Shown: positions 36,119-47,174, numbered from the stretch's first letter. The stretch is 60,827 bases of DNA from Pedosphaera sp. (GCA_002686885.1 NYYT01000111.1:19133-79959), one strand, 5' to 3'. Translations and numbers: made by a program. Notes: generated by a model not told the origin, from the letters alone.

Positions 36119-37084
36119 CTATCTTGTCTTCATCGTGGGCTGAAGGTTCGATCCCTGTGGGTCCATGTGTTCACCTGTCGATATGGACCAACCAAGCAGG
36201 AACGCCTCCACCAGCTGCCCAAGATCCTCACTGTAGCCACCCTCCAGAATGGCAAAGGCCGGACAAGGCAACAAGGCCACCTGCTCTCCGATCCAAAGAT
36301 AGTCCTCGACCTCGAGGGATGCCTGAGCAAGAGGATCCAGACGATAGGCATCGAAGCCAGCGGAGACCCCCACCAAATCGGGTTGAAATGCGTGCACATC
36401 TTCCAGAGCCCTTAGCAGAGCCTTTCGGTGATCTTTTGCTTTCGTGTGGGGCCTGATGGGATAGTTCCGGGCATTGGGAGGATGATGCACCAGCCCCGTT
36501 CCTGGATAACAAGGTGATTGGTGGACTGAAACGAAGAGGGTTTCCGGGCATCCAAGAAGCATTTCCTCGGTTCCATTGCCATGATGCACATCAAAATCAA
36601 AGACGGCCACCCGAAGACCTTTCTGGTGAACAGCTTCCAAAACGGCGATCCCCATCGAGTTGAAATAACAAAAACCCATGGCCCTTTCCGGTGTGGCATG
36701 ATGCCCCGGAGGCCTGAGCAGACTGAAGGCCTTCTTTCCGCCAGTGGCATGCGTCATGGCATCCATGGCACCCCCAGCCGCTCGAAGAGCATGATGATAG
36801 ATACCCTCGTGGCTTGGGGTATCCTCATCAAAAGCGTGTTTTTGAGTCGCAACCGCATCGTGGTGAGCAAGCCGATGGGCCCGAAGAATGGCTTCCCTTG
36901 GAGCCAGTCGGGGGGCATGCCATTCAAAGGAAATTTTTGTCTGTTCGCGCAATCGGGCAGCACTGCTCAGGACGCGCTGGGGACGCTCTGGGTGTCCGGA
37001 GGCAGCATAGGCGGCACATTGCTCATCATAAATAAGAACGACGGGATCACCCATGGAAGCCATTCTGGCACTCATTTCAGACAT
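36119..37084 (-). CDS. Histone deacetylase-family (acetoin utilisation/acetylpolyamine amidohydrolase-like) protein
   Basis: 321-aa ORF. LLRPPGHHA and FDFDVHHGNGTE zinc-deacetylase signatures. Confidence 0.85.
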   Translation of the reverse strand: MSEMSARMASMGDPVVLIYDEQCAAYAASGHPERPQRVLSSAARLREQTKISFEWHAPRLAPREAILRAHRLAHHDAVATQKHAFDEDTPSHEGIYHHALRAAGGAMDAMTHATGGKKAFSLLRPPGHHATPERAMGFCYFNSMGIAVLEAVHQKGLRVAVFDFDVHHGNGTEEMLLGCPETLFVSVHQSPCYPGTGLVHHPPNARNYPIRPHTKAKDHRKALLRALEDVHAFQPDLVGVSAGFDAYRLDPLAQASLEVEDYLWIGEQVALLPCPAFAILEGGYSEDLGQLVEAFLLGWSISTGEHMDPQGSNLQPTMKTR

Positions 37085-37176
37085 TCACCAACCAAAATGG
37101 AGTTCAGCGCCAAGGGAGTGCAGGTTATTTTCCTGCTGGAAGTTCCATCCCATTGAGGATTAACTCGGATCTGTTC

Positions 37177-38706
37177 ATGATGGTTCCAGATAGAGATCGA
37201 TTCATCGACTTGGCCCGGGAGGGAAACATGATTGCGGTCAGCAAAACGATTCTTGCTGATTTTGAAACCCCCGTTTCGGCCTATCAAAAGCTCCGCGGAA
37301 AGGGGGAATCCTTCCTTTTTGAATCCGTTGAAGGAGGTGAGCACCTCGGTCGCTATTCATTCGTTGGTTGCCATCCACGGGCCATCATTCGTCAAACCGA
37401 AGATGTAGTGGAACTCATCGAAGACGGTATCATCACCGAGCGTTACAGCGTCAAAGGCGCCCTGCACACCCCGTCCGGCGAAACCATGAGGGATGGGCTC
37501 GAACTTGTGGAAAAGGTGATGAGACGATTCAAACCCGTCAACGGAAGCCTGCCCTCCGACTTGCGCTTCAGTGGCGGCGCCGTTGGTTTCATCGGCTACG
37601 AATTCATTCATGACGTTGAACCCGTCGTTCCGCGCCCGCCTCAGAACGATCTCCAGACTCCCGTGATGTATTTCATGATCGCTGACCAGCTCCTGGCCTT
37701 TGACCGGGTCTCTCAGACGATCACCCTCATTGTCAATGCCTTGGTGGAAGACCCGGCTGACGCCGGCCAAGAGTATGACAAGGCCTGTGAGGCCATCGAG
37801 GGCCTGCTGAAGTCGCTAGCACAACCTTGCCAGCACCACCCAGCCGATTTTCACAACCTCAGTGATTCGGCAGCTTTTGAATCCAACATGCCAAAGGACA
37901 CCTTCCTGAAACATGTTCAACGCTCCAAAGCCTACATTCAGGCCGGAGACATCATTCAGGTGGTGGGTTCCCAGCGTTTCAGCGCACCCATTGAAGCATC
38001 GCCGCTGGATGTTTATCGTGCCGCTCGATCCATCAACCCATCACCCTACATGTTCCTGCTGGAACTCAATGGATTCTCCCTCGTGGGAGCTTCTCCAGAA
38101 ATCCATGTCCGCTGCGAGGATCGACAGGTCGAAATTCGCCCCATCGCCGGCACCCGCCCACGCGGAAAGGACAAAGCTCAGGACATGACGCATGAAAAAG
38201 ACCTGCTGGCCGACCCCAAGGAGAGGGCCGAGCACGTGATGTTGGTCGACCTTGCACGAAATGACATTGGCAGGGTCTGCGATTACCAAAGCGTTGAAGT
38301 CAAGGACCTCATGATCATCGAACGTTACAGTCATGTCATGCACATCGTTTCCCAGGTGGAGGGCCGCCTTTCAACGGAGCACACCCCCTATGACTTGATC
38401 CGGGCCACCTTCCCCGCAGGCACCCTGAGCGGCGCCCCCAAAATTCGTGCCATGCAGATCATCAGCGAGCTGGAACAAACCGCTCGCGGTCCCTACGGCG
38501 GATGCGTCGGCTATTTCTCCTTCAATGGTAATCTGGATTGCTGCATTACCATTCGCACAGCCTTGATCAAGGATGGCATGGCCCATGTCCAGGCCGGCGG
38601 CGGATGGGTCAGTGATTCGGTTCCAGAGGATGAATTCATGGAAACGGTCAACAAGTCCAAAGCCATGATCAAAGCCGTCACCTTGGCCGAGTCCTGGCAG
38701 TCATGA
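37177..38706 (+). CDS. trpE: Anthranilate synthase component I
   Basis: GAPKIRAMQIISELE, RGPYGGCVGYFSFNGNLDCCITIRTA and LLELNGFSLVGASPE. The ORF-track TTG at 37153 is possible, but the first ATGs are at 37177/37180. Confidence 0.9.
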   Translation: MMVPDRDRFIDLAREGNMIAVSKTILADFETPVSAYQKLRGKGESFLFESVEGGEHLGRYSFVGCHPRAIIRQTEDVVELIEDGIITERYSVKGALHTPSGETMRDGLELVEKVMRRFKPVNGSLPSDLRFSGGAVGFIGYEFIHDVEPVVPRPPQNDLQTPVMYFMIADQLLAFDRVSQTITLIVNALVEDPADAGQEYDKACEAIEGLLKSLAQPCQHHPADFHNLSDSAAFESNMPKDTFLKHVQRSKAYIQAGDIIQVVGSQRFSAPIEASPLDVYRAARSINPSPYMFLLELNGFSLVGASPEIHVRCEDRQVEIRPIAGTRPRGKDKAQDMTHEKDLLADPKERAEHVMLVDLARNDIGRVCDYQSVEVKDLMIIERYSHVMHIVSQVEGRLSTEHTPYDLIRATFPAGTLSGAPKIRAMQIISELEQTARGPYGGCVGYFSFNGNLDCCITIRTALIKDGMAHVQAGGGWVSDSVPEDEFMETVNKSKAMIKAVTLAESWQS

Positions 38707-39860
38707 AACCTGACGCCCCCCCCGAAAGGACTTCGCCCCTGCTGATAGGGCTCATTGTCATCGGGGGCACTGTCTTGTCCTGGCTGCTGGTTCAGACAGG
38801 ACCTCGAGTCACCACTGAAGAAGAGGTGAAGGCAGCCAAAATGGTCAAGGTCCAGGAGCTAACACCAAAGCGCTACCCGATTTTTGTGGCAGCCCACGGA
38901 ACGGTCATCCCTGCCCGTCGCGTCTCCATTGAGCCCGAGGTTTCAGGGTTGATCCTCTCACAGCATCCGAAGCTACGCCCAGGGGGCATGATCATGGAAG
39001 GAGAGGTACTCTTCACCGTCGATACCACGTTGGCTGCGATCGCCGTGGAAGAGGCCTCAGCCGCCCTGGTTCAGGCAAGCATCAACCTTGAAGAAGCCAC
39101 CCGACAGCATGCGGAGGCCTTGCGGCTTGCATCCGATGCCCTGATTCCTGACACCGAACTCGCCTCCCTGCTCTCGGCCATGCGACTGCAGGAAGCGGCG
39201 CATACCAGGCAAAAAGCCCTGGTAGCTCGGAGCCAGGAGATGCTCCAACGCCATGTCTTGAAAGCCCCTTTCAATGCATGGGTGCTGGAAGAAAATGTCG
39301 AGGTTGGACAACGGCTGGACCCCGGGTTTTCGGCCGCCACGCTGGTGGGTTCGGATGAGTATTGGGTACAAGTGTCCCTCCCCGTGGATCAAATCCAACA
39401 CATCCAGCTCCCAACAGACCATCAACCCGGAGCTACAGCTCATGTCTACACCGAAATGGGGGATACCAAAAGACTGGCCGCAAAAGGCCATGTGACTGCC
39501 TTACGAAGTGACCTAGAGCGCGAAGGTCGCATGGCGCGACTCATCGTAAGCATCCAGCCGCCTGAGCGCGAAGTCGAAGCTCCCCTTTTACTCGGAAGCT
39601 ACGTCAAGGTTGAAATAGCAGCTGGCGAATTGGAGCAATGCCTGGCCATTCAGGAATCGGCCCTTCGAGCCGACCAGAGCTTGTGGGTTGCGGACAAGGA
39701 AGACACTTTGCAGATCCGACCGGCAAAGATCCGATGGACCCTTGAGGACACGATCTACGTCGCCCCGGTCCTTGAAGAAGGAGATCGACTGATCATCAGC
39801 CCCTTGAAGTCAGGCATTCCAGGCACGGCTCTGAACCCTCAAACCGTTCACATGCCATGA
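38703..39860 (+). CDS. Efflux RND transporter periplasmic adaptor subunit
   Basis: 385-aa ORF with an N-terminal TM anchor, a barrel-sandwich-like segment (GTVIPARRVSIEPEVSGLI...GEVLFTVD) and a coiled-coil middle. ATGA overlaps with both trpE (38703-38706) and the RND permease (39857-39860). Confidence 0.75.
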   Translation: MKPDAPPERTSPLLIGLIVIGGTVLSWLLVQTGPRVTTEEEVKAAKMVKVQELTPKRYPIFVAAHGTVIPARRVSIEPEVSGLILSQHPKLRPGGMIMEGEVLFTVDTTLAAIAVEEASAALVQASINLEEATRQHAEALRLASDALIPDTELASLLSAMRLQEAAHTRQKALVARSQEMLQRHVLKAPFNAWVLEENVEVGQRLDPGFSAATLVGSDEYWVQVSLPVDQIQHIQLPTDHQPGATAHVYTEMGDTKRLAAKGHVTALRSDLEREGRMARLIVSIQPPEREVEAPLLLGSYVKVEIAAGELEQCLAIQESALRADQSLWVADKEDTLQIRPAKIRWTLEDTIYVAPVLEEGDRLIISPLKSGIPGTALNPQTVHMP

Positions 39861-42800
39861 CCCCGACGGATCAAGGCGCCCTGCCCTCGGGCGGGCTGCA
39901 AACCATCATCTCCTGGTTTGCCCGCAACCATGTCGCCGCGAACCTCCTGATGCTGGCAGTCGTCGCCACGGGGCTTCTTGTCTCGCAGAACATCCGTCAA
40001 GAAATCTACCCCACCTTCACACTCGATGTCGTTGAAATCACCATGGAGTATCGAGGGGCCTCTCCGGAAGATGTCGAACAATCCATCATCCTCCCCATCG
40101 AATCGGAGCTACGATCGATGGAAATCATTCGCGAAATTACCGCGACCGCCAGCGAAGGCAGTGCCAGAATTTCCGCTGAACTGGTTCCCGGATCGGATCG
40201 CAATCGTGGCCTGCAGGAAATCACCGCAGCCGTGCAGCGCATCAACCTCTTCCCTGACGAGGCAGAACCCCCCACCATCGCTCTGGACAACGGCAGACGC
40301 CGGGGGGTGATGTATCTCTCCATTTACGGTGACCTGAGCACCAAGGGCTTGATTCAGTTCGCCCGTGAGATGGAGGAAAAACTCCTCTCGCTACCGGACA
40401 TTTCCCTGGTGGAGCTACGCGGCATTCGCAAACCAGAAATCCACATTGAAATTCCTCAGGCACAATTGCGCTCCCTGGGCATCCGTCTCTCAGATATCGC
40501 AACCGCCGTCGACAATGCTGCTCTCGACGTCCCGGCAGGTTCCATCAAGACCGAAGGAGGCGATTACCTGCTTAAGACGCGAGAAAGAAAGGAGGTTGCC
40601 AAGCAGTATGAGAACATCCCGATCATCAGCAAACCCGATGGCACCAAAGTGCTGCTTCGCGACGTGGCAAAAGTGAAGGACGACTTCGAAGAGTCCCAGC
40701 GCGAATCCTACTTCAATGGCAAGCCTTCAGTTTGGATGGCTGTCTACAGCTCCGAATCCCAATCGCCACTGACCATTGCCAGAGCTGTTAGGGGGTTCAT
40801 CGACAAGGAAATTCAGATGCTTCCCGAAAGTGTCGGCATCACCATCACCTTTGATCGATCTGACGACTATGAGGAGCGCATCAACATGCTCCTTGGAAAC
40901 GGTGCCCTGGGATTGATGCTGGTCATCCTGGCCCTCGGCCTTTTTCTGGAACTGCGAGTGGCTTTCTGGACGGCTGCGGGTATCCCTGTCTCAGTCCTCG
41001 GATCCCTTTTCCTGCTGCCCGCCATGGATGCCAGCATCAACATGATTTCCCTTTTTGGTTTTATTGTCACCCTGGGAATTGTCGTGGATGACGCCGTGGT
41101 GGTGGGAGAGGAAATCTTCCACAACATGTCAAAGGGTATGGGTCGGATGGAAGCTGCTATCCAAGGCGTTAGAAGAATGACGACTCCCGTCATTTTTGCC
41201 GTGGCAACCAACATCATCGCCTTCCTTCCCCTGCTTTTCGTCCCTGGGGAAACAGGTCAATTCTTTTACGTACTGCCGGCGGTGGTCATTGCCGTCTTTA
41301 CGGTCTCCCTGATCGAGTGCCTGCTCATTCTTCCGGCTCATCTGGCCCACCAGGGGAAAGACTCAAGCCAAGGCTGGTTCACGCGTTTTCGCCAATGGCA
41401 GACCCGGTTGAGACTCCGCATCGATCATTGGATCGACCAAGCCTACCAGCCCGTGATTGAAGGCGTCCTTCGCTACCGAACCTTGACCTGTGCGCTCAGT
41501 ACGGCCTTGTTCCTGATGGTGCTCGGATACACCTTCAGCGGCCGGATCAATTTCATGTTCCGACCTTCCATCGAAACGCCCTTTGTCCAGGCGGAAATTG
41601 AAATGCCAGCAGGCACACCCACCCACCGAACACGAGAAGTTGCTTTTGAAATCGAAGAGGCCGCCAAGCGAGCCATTGAGGCAACAGGTGAAGATAACAT
41701 CCTCATCGGGATTACCTCCTCCATCGCCGAGCGGAGTTCCAATGGTGCCGAAGTATCGGTCCGATTGGTACCACAAAGTGAGCGCAAGATCACTGCAGCC
41801 GCCTTTGCCAAGCAATGGAGGGAGGCCTTCCCGGATCTTCCAGATGTCGAATCGGTCTTCTTTGATTATCTCATTGGCCCGGGTGGATCGGCGGAGATTG
41901 ACATTCGCATTTCCCACCCCGCGGTGGAAGTGCTTCGCAAGGCGGCAACGGATGTGGCAGATGCCATTGCCAAATACCCCGGGGTGGAGGATGTGCGCAA
42001 AGGGTTTGGCAGGGAGATGCCGGAGTATGACTTCGACTTGACAGCCGAAGGTCGAAGCATGGGCATCACAGCACGAGAACTCGGACAGCAGATTCGCCAC
42101 GCCTTCTATGGGGCCGAAGCACTCAGACAGCCCCAGGATCGTGAAGAACTCAGAGTCATGGTCAAGTTACCTGAGCAGGAGAGGCAAACCATCAGCAGCA
42201 TGGAGAACCTTCTGGTGCGGGTGCCCGGCGGAGGGGAGATCCCTCTCAAACAGGCCGCCAAGATTCGGCTGACCCAGGCCCCGGCTCGTATCACCCGCGT
42301 GGATGGAGCCAGAGTCATCAATGTGACAGCCAACGTGGTGCCCGGGGTCACCACCGGGAACAAGGTGCTCGGTTCTTTTGAAACCACAGAGCTACCCACC
42401 CTACTCGCTCGCTACCCTCAACTGCGCTATTCCTTTGAAGGGGAACAACGCGAACAGCGCGAAGCCATCAAGAATCTGTCATGGGGTTTGCTTGCCGCCT
42501 TATTTGCCATTTATGGCATCATGGCATCCATTCTGCGAAGCTATGTCCAGGCCCTGATCGTATTGCTCATGCTTCCTTGGAGCCTTGCCGGCGCCGTCGT
42601 CGGCCACGTCATCATGGGATTTGACCTGAGCGTCTTCAGCATTTTCGGCATGATTGCGCTCTGTGGCATGGTGGTCAACGGGGCCTTTGTGCTGGAGCTC
42701 ACCCGCTTGCAATTCATCGCGGAAGGCACTTCTCCCATCAAGGCCATCCAGCTTGCCGCCCAAAGACGCTTTCGCCCGATCCTTTTGACGGCCCTAACCA

Positions 42801-42991
42801 CCTTCCTGGGACTGGGGCCCATGATCTTTGAGACAAGCATTCAAGCCCTTTTTCTCGTTCCCATGGCGATCGCCCTAGGGGTCGGAACCCTGGTGTCGGC
42901 CGTGCTGGTTCTGACCTTCATCCCGGCCGTCATGGCGGTGATTGCGGATATCTCCGGGCTGGAACCTCCACCTGCCCATACAAGCTCATAA
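39857..42991 (+). CDS. Efflux RND transporter permease (AcrB/HAE family)
   Basis: 1044-aa ORF with a 12-TM AcrB-like layout and conserved blocks (FGFIVTLGIVVDDAVVV, FGMIALCGMVVNGAFVL). Confidence 0.88.
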   Translation: MTPTDQGALPSGGLQTIISWFARNHVAANLLMLAVVATGLLVSQNIRQEIYPTFTLDVVEITMEYRGASPEDVEQSIILPIESELRSMEIIREITATASEGSARISAELVPGSDRNRGLQEITAAVQRINLFPDEAEPPTIALDNGRRRGVMYLSIYGDLSTKGLIQFAREMEEKLLSLPDISLVELRGIRKPEIHIEIPQAQLRSLGIRLSDIATAVDNAALDVPAGSIKTEGGDYLLKTRERKEVAKQYENIPIISKPDGTKVLLRDVAKVKDDFEESQRESYFNGKPSVWMAVYSSESQSPLTIARAVRGFIDKEIQMLPESVGITITFDRSDDYEERINMLLGNGALGLMLVILALGLFLELRVAFWTAAGIPVSVLGSLFLLPAMDASINMISLFGFIVTLGIVVDDAVVVGEEIFHNMSKGMGRMEAAIQGVRRMTTPVIFAVATNIIAFLPLLFVPGETGQFFYVLPAVVIAVFTVSLIECLLILPAHLAHQGKDSSQGWFTRFRQWQTRLRLRIDHWIDQAYQPVIEGVLRYRTLTCALSTALFLMVLGYTFSGRINFMFRPSIETPFVQAEIEMPAGTPTHRTREVAFEIEEAAKRAIEATGEDNILIGITSSIAERSSNGAEVSVRLVPQSERKITAAAFAKQWREAFPDLPDVESVFFDYLIGPGGSAEIDIRISHPAVEVLRKAATDVADAIAKYPGVEDVRKGFGREMPEYDFDLTAEGRSMGITARELGQQIRHAFYGAEALRQPQDREELRVMVKLPEQERQTISSMENLLVRVPGGGEIPLKQAAKIRLTQAPARITRVDGARVINVTANVVPGVTTGNKVLGSFETTELPTLLARYPQLRYSFEGEQREQREAIKNLSWGLLAALFAIYGIMASILRSYVQALIVLLMLPWSLAGAVVGHVIMGFDLSVFSIFGMIALCGMVVNGAFVLELTRLQFIAEGTSPIKAIQLAAQRRFRPILLTALTTFLGLGPMIFETSIQALFLVPMAIALGVGTLVSAVLVLTFIPAVMAVIADISGLEPPPAHTSS

Positions 42992-43011
42992 ATACGAGCG
43001 AGGCAGAAGTT

Positions 43012-44034
43012 TCATGTTTGCCGATGAACCCAGACCGATTTGAGGTATTGGGGACTCGCGGCATTCACTGGAAAATCAGGCGGCTGCCCCAATGAGACCC
43101 AGCGATAGGCCTCCGCACTTCGTTCGTGAAGCGTGGCTCGAACCATGGTTAAAAACTCTCGTGGCGACCAGCCCTGCGTATTATTGCATGCCAGCATACG
43201 TCCTCCGGGCTCCAGGCAATCAAGGGCACTGTTCAAAAGTACGGGATAATCCCTTCGAGCACTGAAGGAGCGATTGGATTTACCCGTTTTGGAAAAAGTA
43301 GGCGGATCGAGCAGAATCACTCCAAAACGCCTGCCTCGATTTCGAAATCGACGCAACCAATCAAAGACATCTCCAAAAATAAAATCATGTTCCGAAGGCA
43401 TCAAATCATTGAGCTCAAAGTTCCTCCGCCCCCAGTCCAGATATTTTTTAGAAAGATCCAGACTGACGGCTCTCCATCCTGCCAGCCCGGCGCACACGGA
43501 AAACCCACAGGTATAGGCAAAGGTATTGAGACACTCCCCCGATGCCGACTGAGAGGCAAGCCATCTCGGCAAGCCCGGCACGGCCAATCCCTTCATGTGA
43601 GCTCGATTGTCCCGCTGATCCAGAAACAGCCCGACCGAATACCCTTCCTCAAATCGAGCCTCGTAATGAACGCCCTGTTCCTGGATGGGAACCACCTGCG
43701 GATGGGAAGAGCCCAACCACGGTTTGGGTGAAGCCTGCTCAAGCCGGGTGTGTCTGACATCCCGGTTCCAGACCTTGTAGAAGGCGCCGCAGGCATCTAG
43801 CCGTGCCATCCAGTCAATTACCACTCTTTCCCGGCTTTTGGTCGGATCCTTTTCAGATGTCGCCAGCAGGCAATCCCCAAGGCGATCCAGATAAAACCCG
43901 GGAAACCCATCTGCACTCCCATGGATCAAGCGCACGGCATTGGTCTGATGACGTTCCATCCACGCAGGTGAACGGACCTCAATGGAGGTGCGGGAAGATT
44001 GGTCATCCATGTCGATCGACTGGGTCATGCGCAT
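43012..44034 (-). CDS. Class I SAM-dependent methyltransferase, RlmI/RlmK-like
   Basis: LNTFAYTCGFSVCAGLAG, VSLDLSKKYLDWGRRN and VILLDPPTFSK are typical of the RlmI-like family. ATG 44034/44028 is preferred over the Cys/Arg-rich extension to 44226. Confidence 0.7.
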   Translation of the reverse strand: MRMTQSIDMDDQSSRTSIEVRSPAWMERHQTNAVRLIHGSADGFPGFYLDRLGDCLLATSEKDPTKSRERVVIDWMARLDACGAFYKVWNRDVRHTRLEQASPKPWLGSSHPQVVPIQEQGVHYEARFEEGYSVGLFLDQRDNRAHMKGLAVPGLPRWLASQSASGECLNTFAYTCGFSVCAGLAGWRAVSLDLSKKYLDWGRRNFELNDLMPSEHDFIFGDVFDWLRRFRNRGRRFGVILLDPPTFSKTGKSNRSFSARRDYPVLLNSALDCLEPGGRMLACNNTQGWSPREFLTMVRATLHERSAEAYRWVSLGQPPDFPVNAASPQYLKSVWVHRQT

Positions 44035-44306
44035 GTCAAGAGCAGGGCAAAGGCCGCCCATGCATGAGGCACCCACCTGGACGACACACCCCTCGAAAGG
44101 GACGAATGTCCTCTTTTCCCATCGACTCCCTGGTCGTCCTACGGGTGGTGGGGAGTTGACCGGAACCCCTAATTGAAACATGTTTCCTTTGGCCCTGCAT
44201 TTGAGACACCAGCATGATCGCCTCAAGCGCCAAGAACAAGAATTTAGCCATTCCCAAACGCCTCACTTGGTTTGCGGTCAGTGGGTGGTGGCATTCCCTT
44301 TTTGTC

Positions 44307-47174
44307 ATGAGGAACCTCCAAAGCACTTGGCTTGTCATCTTATGCCTGGGGGTCGACCTACCGACGGCAAAACTCCTGGGATCTGAGCTGCTTTTTGCTC
44401 GAGAGGTCTACCCTCTGCTGGAACAGAAATGTCTTCCTTGTCACGGAGACGATCCCGATGACATCCAGGGTGGTCTGGACATGCGAAGCCGTGCGTCCAT
44501 GCTGGCAGGCGGTGATACCCGGCAACCCTCCATCGTACCGGGTTCCGCAGATCATAGTTTGCTTTACCAAGCCGTCCTCTGGAGCCAACCAGAGCTTCAA
44601 ATGCCCCCGAAGGAAAATGACCGGCTGACCCAAGCTCAAACCCTTGCCTTCAAGCGATGGATCGATGCTGGGGCCCCTTGGGCAGACGCGCAGCGCCGGG
44701 TTGAATGGATCGAATCTCACCCGGAAGCATTGGAGGAAGAAACCCTGCGCGTGTCCACCAGTGGCGGGCTGAGTCCCAGTTGGGATCGCCGCACCTATCA
44801 AAAGTCATCCATTTGGGCTTTTTTACCCTACGAGGCTTTGAGGGTTCCCACTGAGGTCGGGAACAAGGGTCATCATCCGATCGATGCCTTTCTGCAGCAA
44901 AAGCGCGAGGCAAATGGCCTGGCCCCTGCTCCACCCGCCAAGCCGCGCGAGCTGATTCGTCGCATGTTTCTCGATCTGACAGGCCTTCTCCCGCAACCCG
45001 AAGAGCTGGGGCATTGGATGCAGCGCTGGGAACTGGCAGCCAGCCCAGGGCAGGTCATCGAAAGGCTGATCGAACACCTTCTGGCAAGCCCTCATTATGG
45101 AGAGCGCTGGGCTCAACACTGGTTGGATGTGGTTCGATATGCCGATACCGGCGGCATGTCCAATGACTACGAACGCTCCAACGCCTGGCGCTATCGCGAT
45201 TACGTTGTCAGGGCATTCAATGAGGACAAACCTTATGACCAGTTCCTGATCGAACAACTGGCAGGAGACGAACTGGCCGACCAGTCCTTGGCGAGTCGCC
45301 TGGGAGAGGACCCCTCCAAGCTCCATGCTGCGAAACTTGCGGGGAATTATTCTCCCCAGGAGACTCAATGGTTGATTGCCAGTAATTTCCTCCGCATGGG
45401 GCCATGGGACAATGCCATGGTGCAGCAAGCCCAGGCACGCCAGATCTATCTGGACGATGTCGTCAACGCCACAGGGCAGGTCTTTCTCGGGATGACCTTG
45501 CGGTGCGTCAAATGTCACGATCACAAATTCGACCCCATCCCGACACGGGATTACTACCGCTTGTATGCAGCTTTTGCGACCACACACCTTGCAGAAAGGC
45601 CAGCTCCCTTCATCGATGCGGAAAACAAGCAGGGCTTTGAGGCGGACAAGGCTCATGTTGAAGCCATGCTGGCCTATGCCCAAAAAGAGAAGGGACGTTT
45701 GATCGAGAAGCGGGAATCCGCAGCACGAGACTGGTATACCTCCAAAGGAAGGTCTTACCTGAGCCTTGAAAAGCGTCGCAACCTACCTGACGCGTCCAAA
45801 CCCCCCAGAGGGGTGGGTCTGAATCACACCGAACAAGGACAACTCAAGGTTCGGGAGCAGGATGAATGGATCTGGACACGTCGCTTGGAACGCTACGAAC
45901 CCATGGTCCAATCGGTCTTCACGGCACCCGATGTGCGGTTGGCAGGGAACGCCGCCAGAAAGCTGCGTTTACCTGTTTCCATCGGGCAAGCACCTGTTAA
46001 ACCCCATCACATTTTATTGGGAGGCGATCTGAATTCGGAAGGAGAGGTCGTCCAACCAGGCGTGCTCAGCGCTCTCGGATTGCCAATCGTTCATGGTGCA
46101 GGAGACCAACCCCATCTCATCGATGCAGCCGTCGGAGGGAGGCGTCTGGCACTGGCTCGATGGATGGCAGACCCGAACAATCCACTGGTGGCTAGGGCGC
46201 TGGTCAACCGCATCTGGCAACATCATTTTGGCAAACCTCTCGCTGGCAATCCCAACAACTTGGGAGCCAGCGGATCGAAACCCACCCACCCGGCACTGCT
46301 GGATTGGCTGGCAAACAAATGGGTGCAAGAAGGATGGAGCATCAAACAATTGCATCGCTGGATCATGACCTCCGAAGCCTACCAGATGAGCACCCACCAT
46401 CCTGACCGTCGATCGGTCGAGGCCATCGATCCGGACAATCATTCTTTAAGCTATTTCACACCGAGGAAAATGACCGCCGAGGAAATTCGAGATAACATCC
46501 TGATGATCAGCGGCGAACTCAACCTCGCCATAGGAGGCCTCCCCATCCGACCGGAAATCAATCGAGAGGTGGCCTTTTCTCCACGAATGATTCAATTTTC
46601 ACTCGCTCCCGCTTATCAGGCTTCTCCCCAAAAAAGTGAAAGGCACCGACGAAGCCTCTACCGGTATCGCGTCAGAGGTTTACCCGATCCACTCCTTGAA
46701 GTCCTTCATCAACCCGACACCCAAGAGTCCTGTGAAATGCGTTTGCAGAGCAGCGGCGCCCCTCAAGCCCTGAGCCTCTGGAACAGTGATACCATGCAGC
46801 AGCGAGCACTGGCATGCGCTCACCGATTCACTCATTCATCAGCCTCAGAAGAGGATCCAGTCGTTCGCACTTTCCTGGGTATTCTGGGTCGAAAACCACG
46901 AAAAGATGAATGGAAGCGGTGTTCGGATTTCCTGAATGACATGGTCGCCTATCACGCATCCAAGACCCCGACGGCCAACCCCTATCCCACTTATCTGAGC
47001 CGTTCGCTGGTAGAGGAGTTTTCAGGACTGGCGTTTACATACCAAGAGCCTCTACCTGCTTACCAGGACTTCGAATACGATTTACAATCAGGGGACATGC
47101 CCCCCGCAACCCGAGCACTGGCGGATCTTTGCCTCCTCCTGCTCAACAGCAACGAATTCCTTTTTGTTTACTGA
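44307..47174 (+). CDS. PSCyt1/PSCyt2(DUF1549)/PSD1(DUF1553) planctomycete-type cytochrome c domain protein
   Basis: ATG 44307 gives a signal peptide. Contains the CLPCHG heme motif (VYPLLEQKCLPCHGDD), a DUF1549-like region (RRMFLDLTGLLPQPEE, HYGERWAQHWLDVVRYAD) and a DUF1553-like region (CVKCHDHKFDPI). Confidence 0.85.
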   Translation: MRNLQSTWLVILCLGVDLPTAKLLGSELLFAREVYPLLEQKCLPCHGDDPDDIQGGLDMRSRASMLAGGDTRQPSIVPGSADHSLLYQAVLWSQPELQMPPKENDRLTQAQTLAFKRWIDAGAPWADAQRRVEWIESHPEALEEETLRVSTSGGLSPSWDRRTYQKSSIWAFLPYEALRVPTEVGNKGHHPIDAFLQQKREANGLAPAPPAKPRELIRRMFLDLTGLLPQPEELGHWMQRWELAASPGQVIERLIEHLLASPHYGERWAQHWLDVVRYADTGGMSNDYERSNAWRYRDYVVRAFNEDKPYDQFLIEQLAGDELADQSLASRLGEDPSKLHAAKLAGNYSPQETQWLIASNFLRMGPWDNAMVQQAQARQIYLDDVVNATGQVFLGMTLRCVKCHDHKFDPIPTRDYYRLYAAFATTHLAERPAPFIDAENKQGFEADKAHVEAMLAYAQKEKGRLIEKRESAARDWYTSKGRSYLSLEKRRNLPDASKPPRGVGLNHTEQGQLKVREQDEWIWTRRLERYEPMVQSVFTAPDVRLAGNAARKLRLPVSIGQAPVKPHHILLGGDLNSEGEVVQPGVLSALGLPIVHGAGDQPHLIDAAVGGRRLALARWMADPNNPLVARALVNRIWQHHFGKPLAGNPNNLGASGSKPTHPALLDWLANKWVQEGWSIKQLHRWIMTSEAYQMSTHHPDRRSVEAIDPDNHSLSYFTPRKMTAEEIRDNILMISGELNLAIGGLPIRPEINREVAFSPRMIQFSLAPAYQASPQKSERHRRSLYRYRVRGLPDPLLEVLHQPDTQESCEMRLQSSGAPQALSLWNSDTMQQRALACAHRFTHSSASEEDPVVRTFLGILGRKPRKDEWKRCSDFLNDMVAYHASKTPTANPYPTYLSRSLVEEFSGLAFTYQEPLPAYQDFEYDLQSGDMPPATRALADLCLLLLNSNEFLFVY

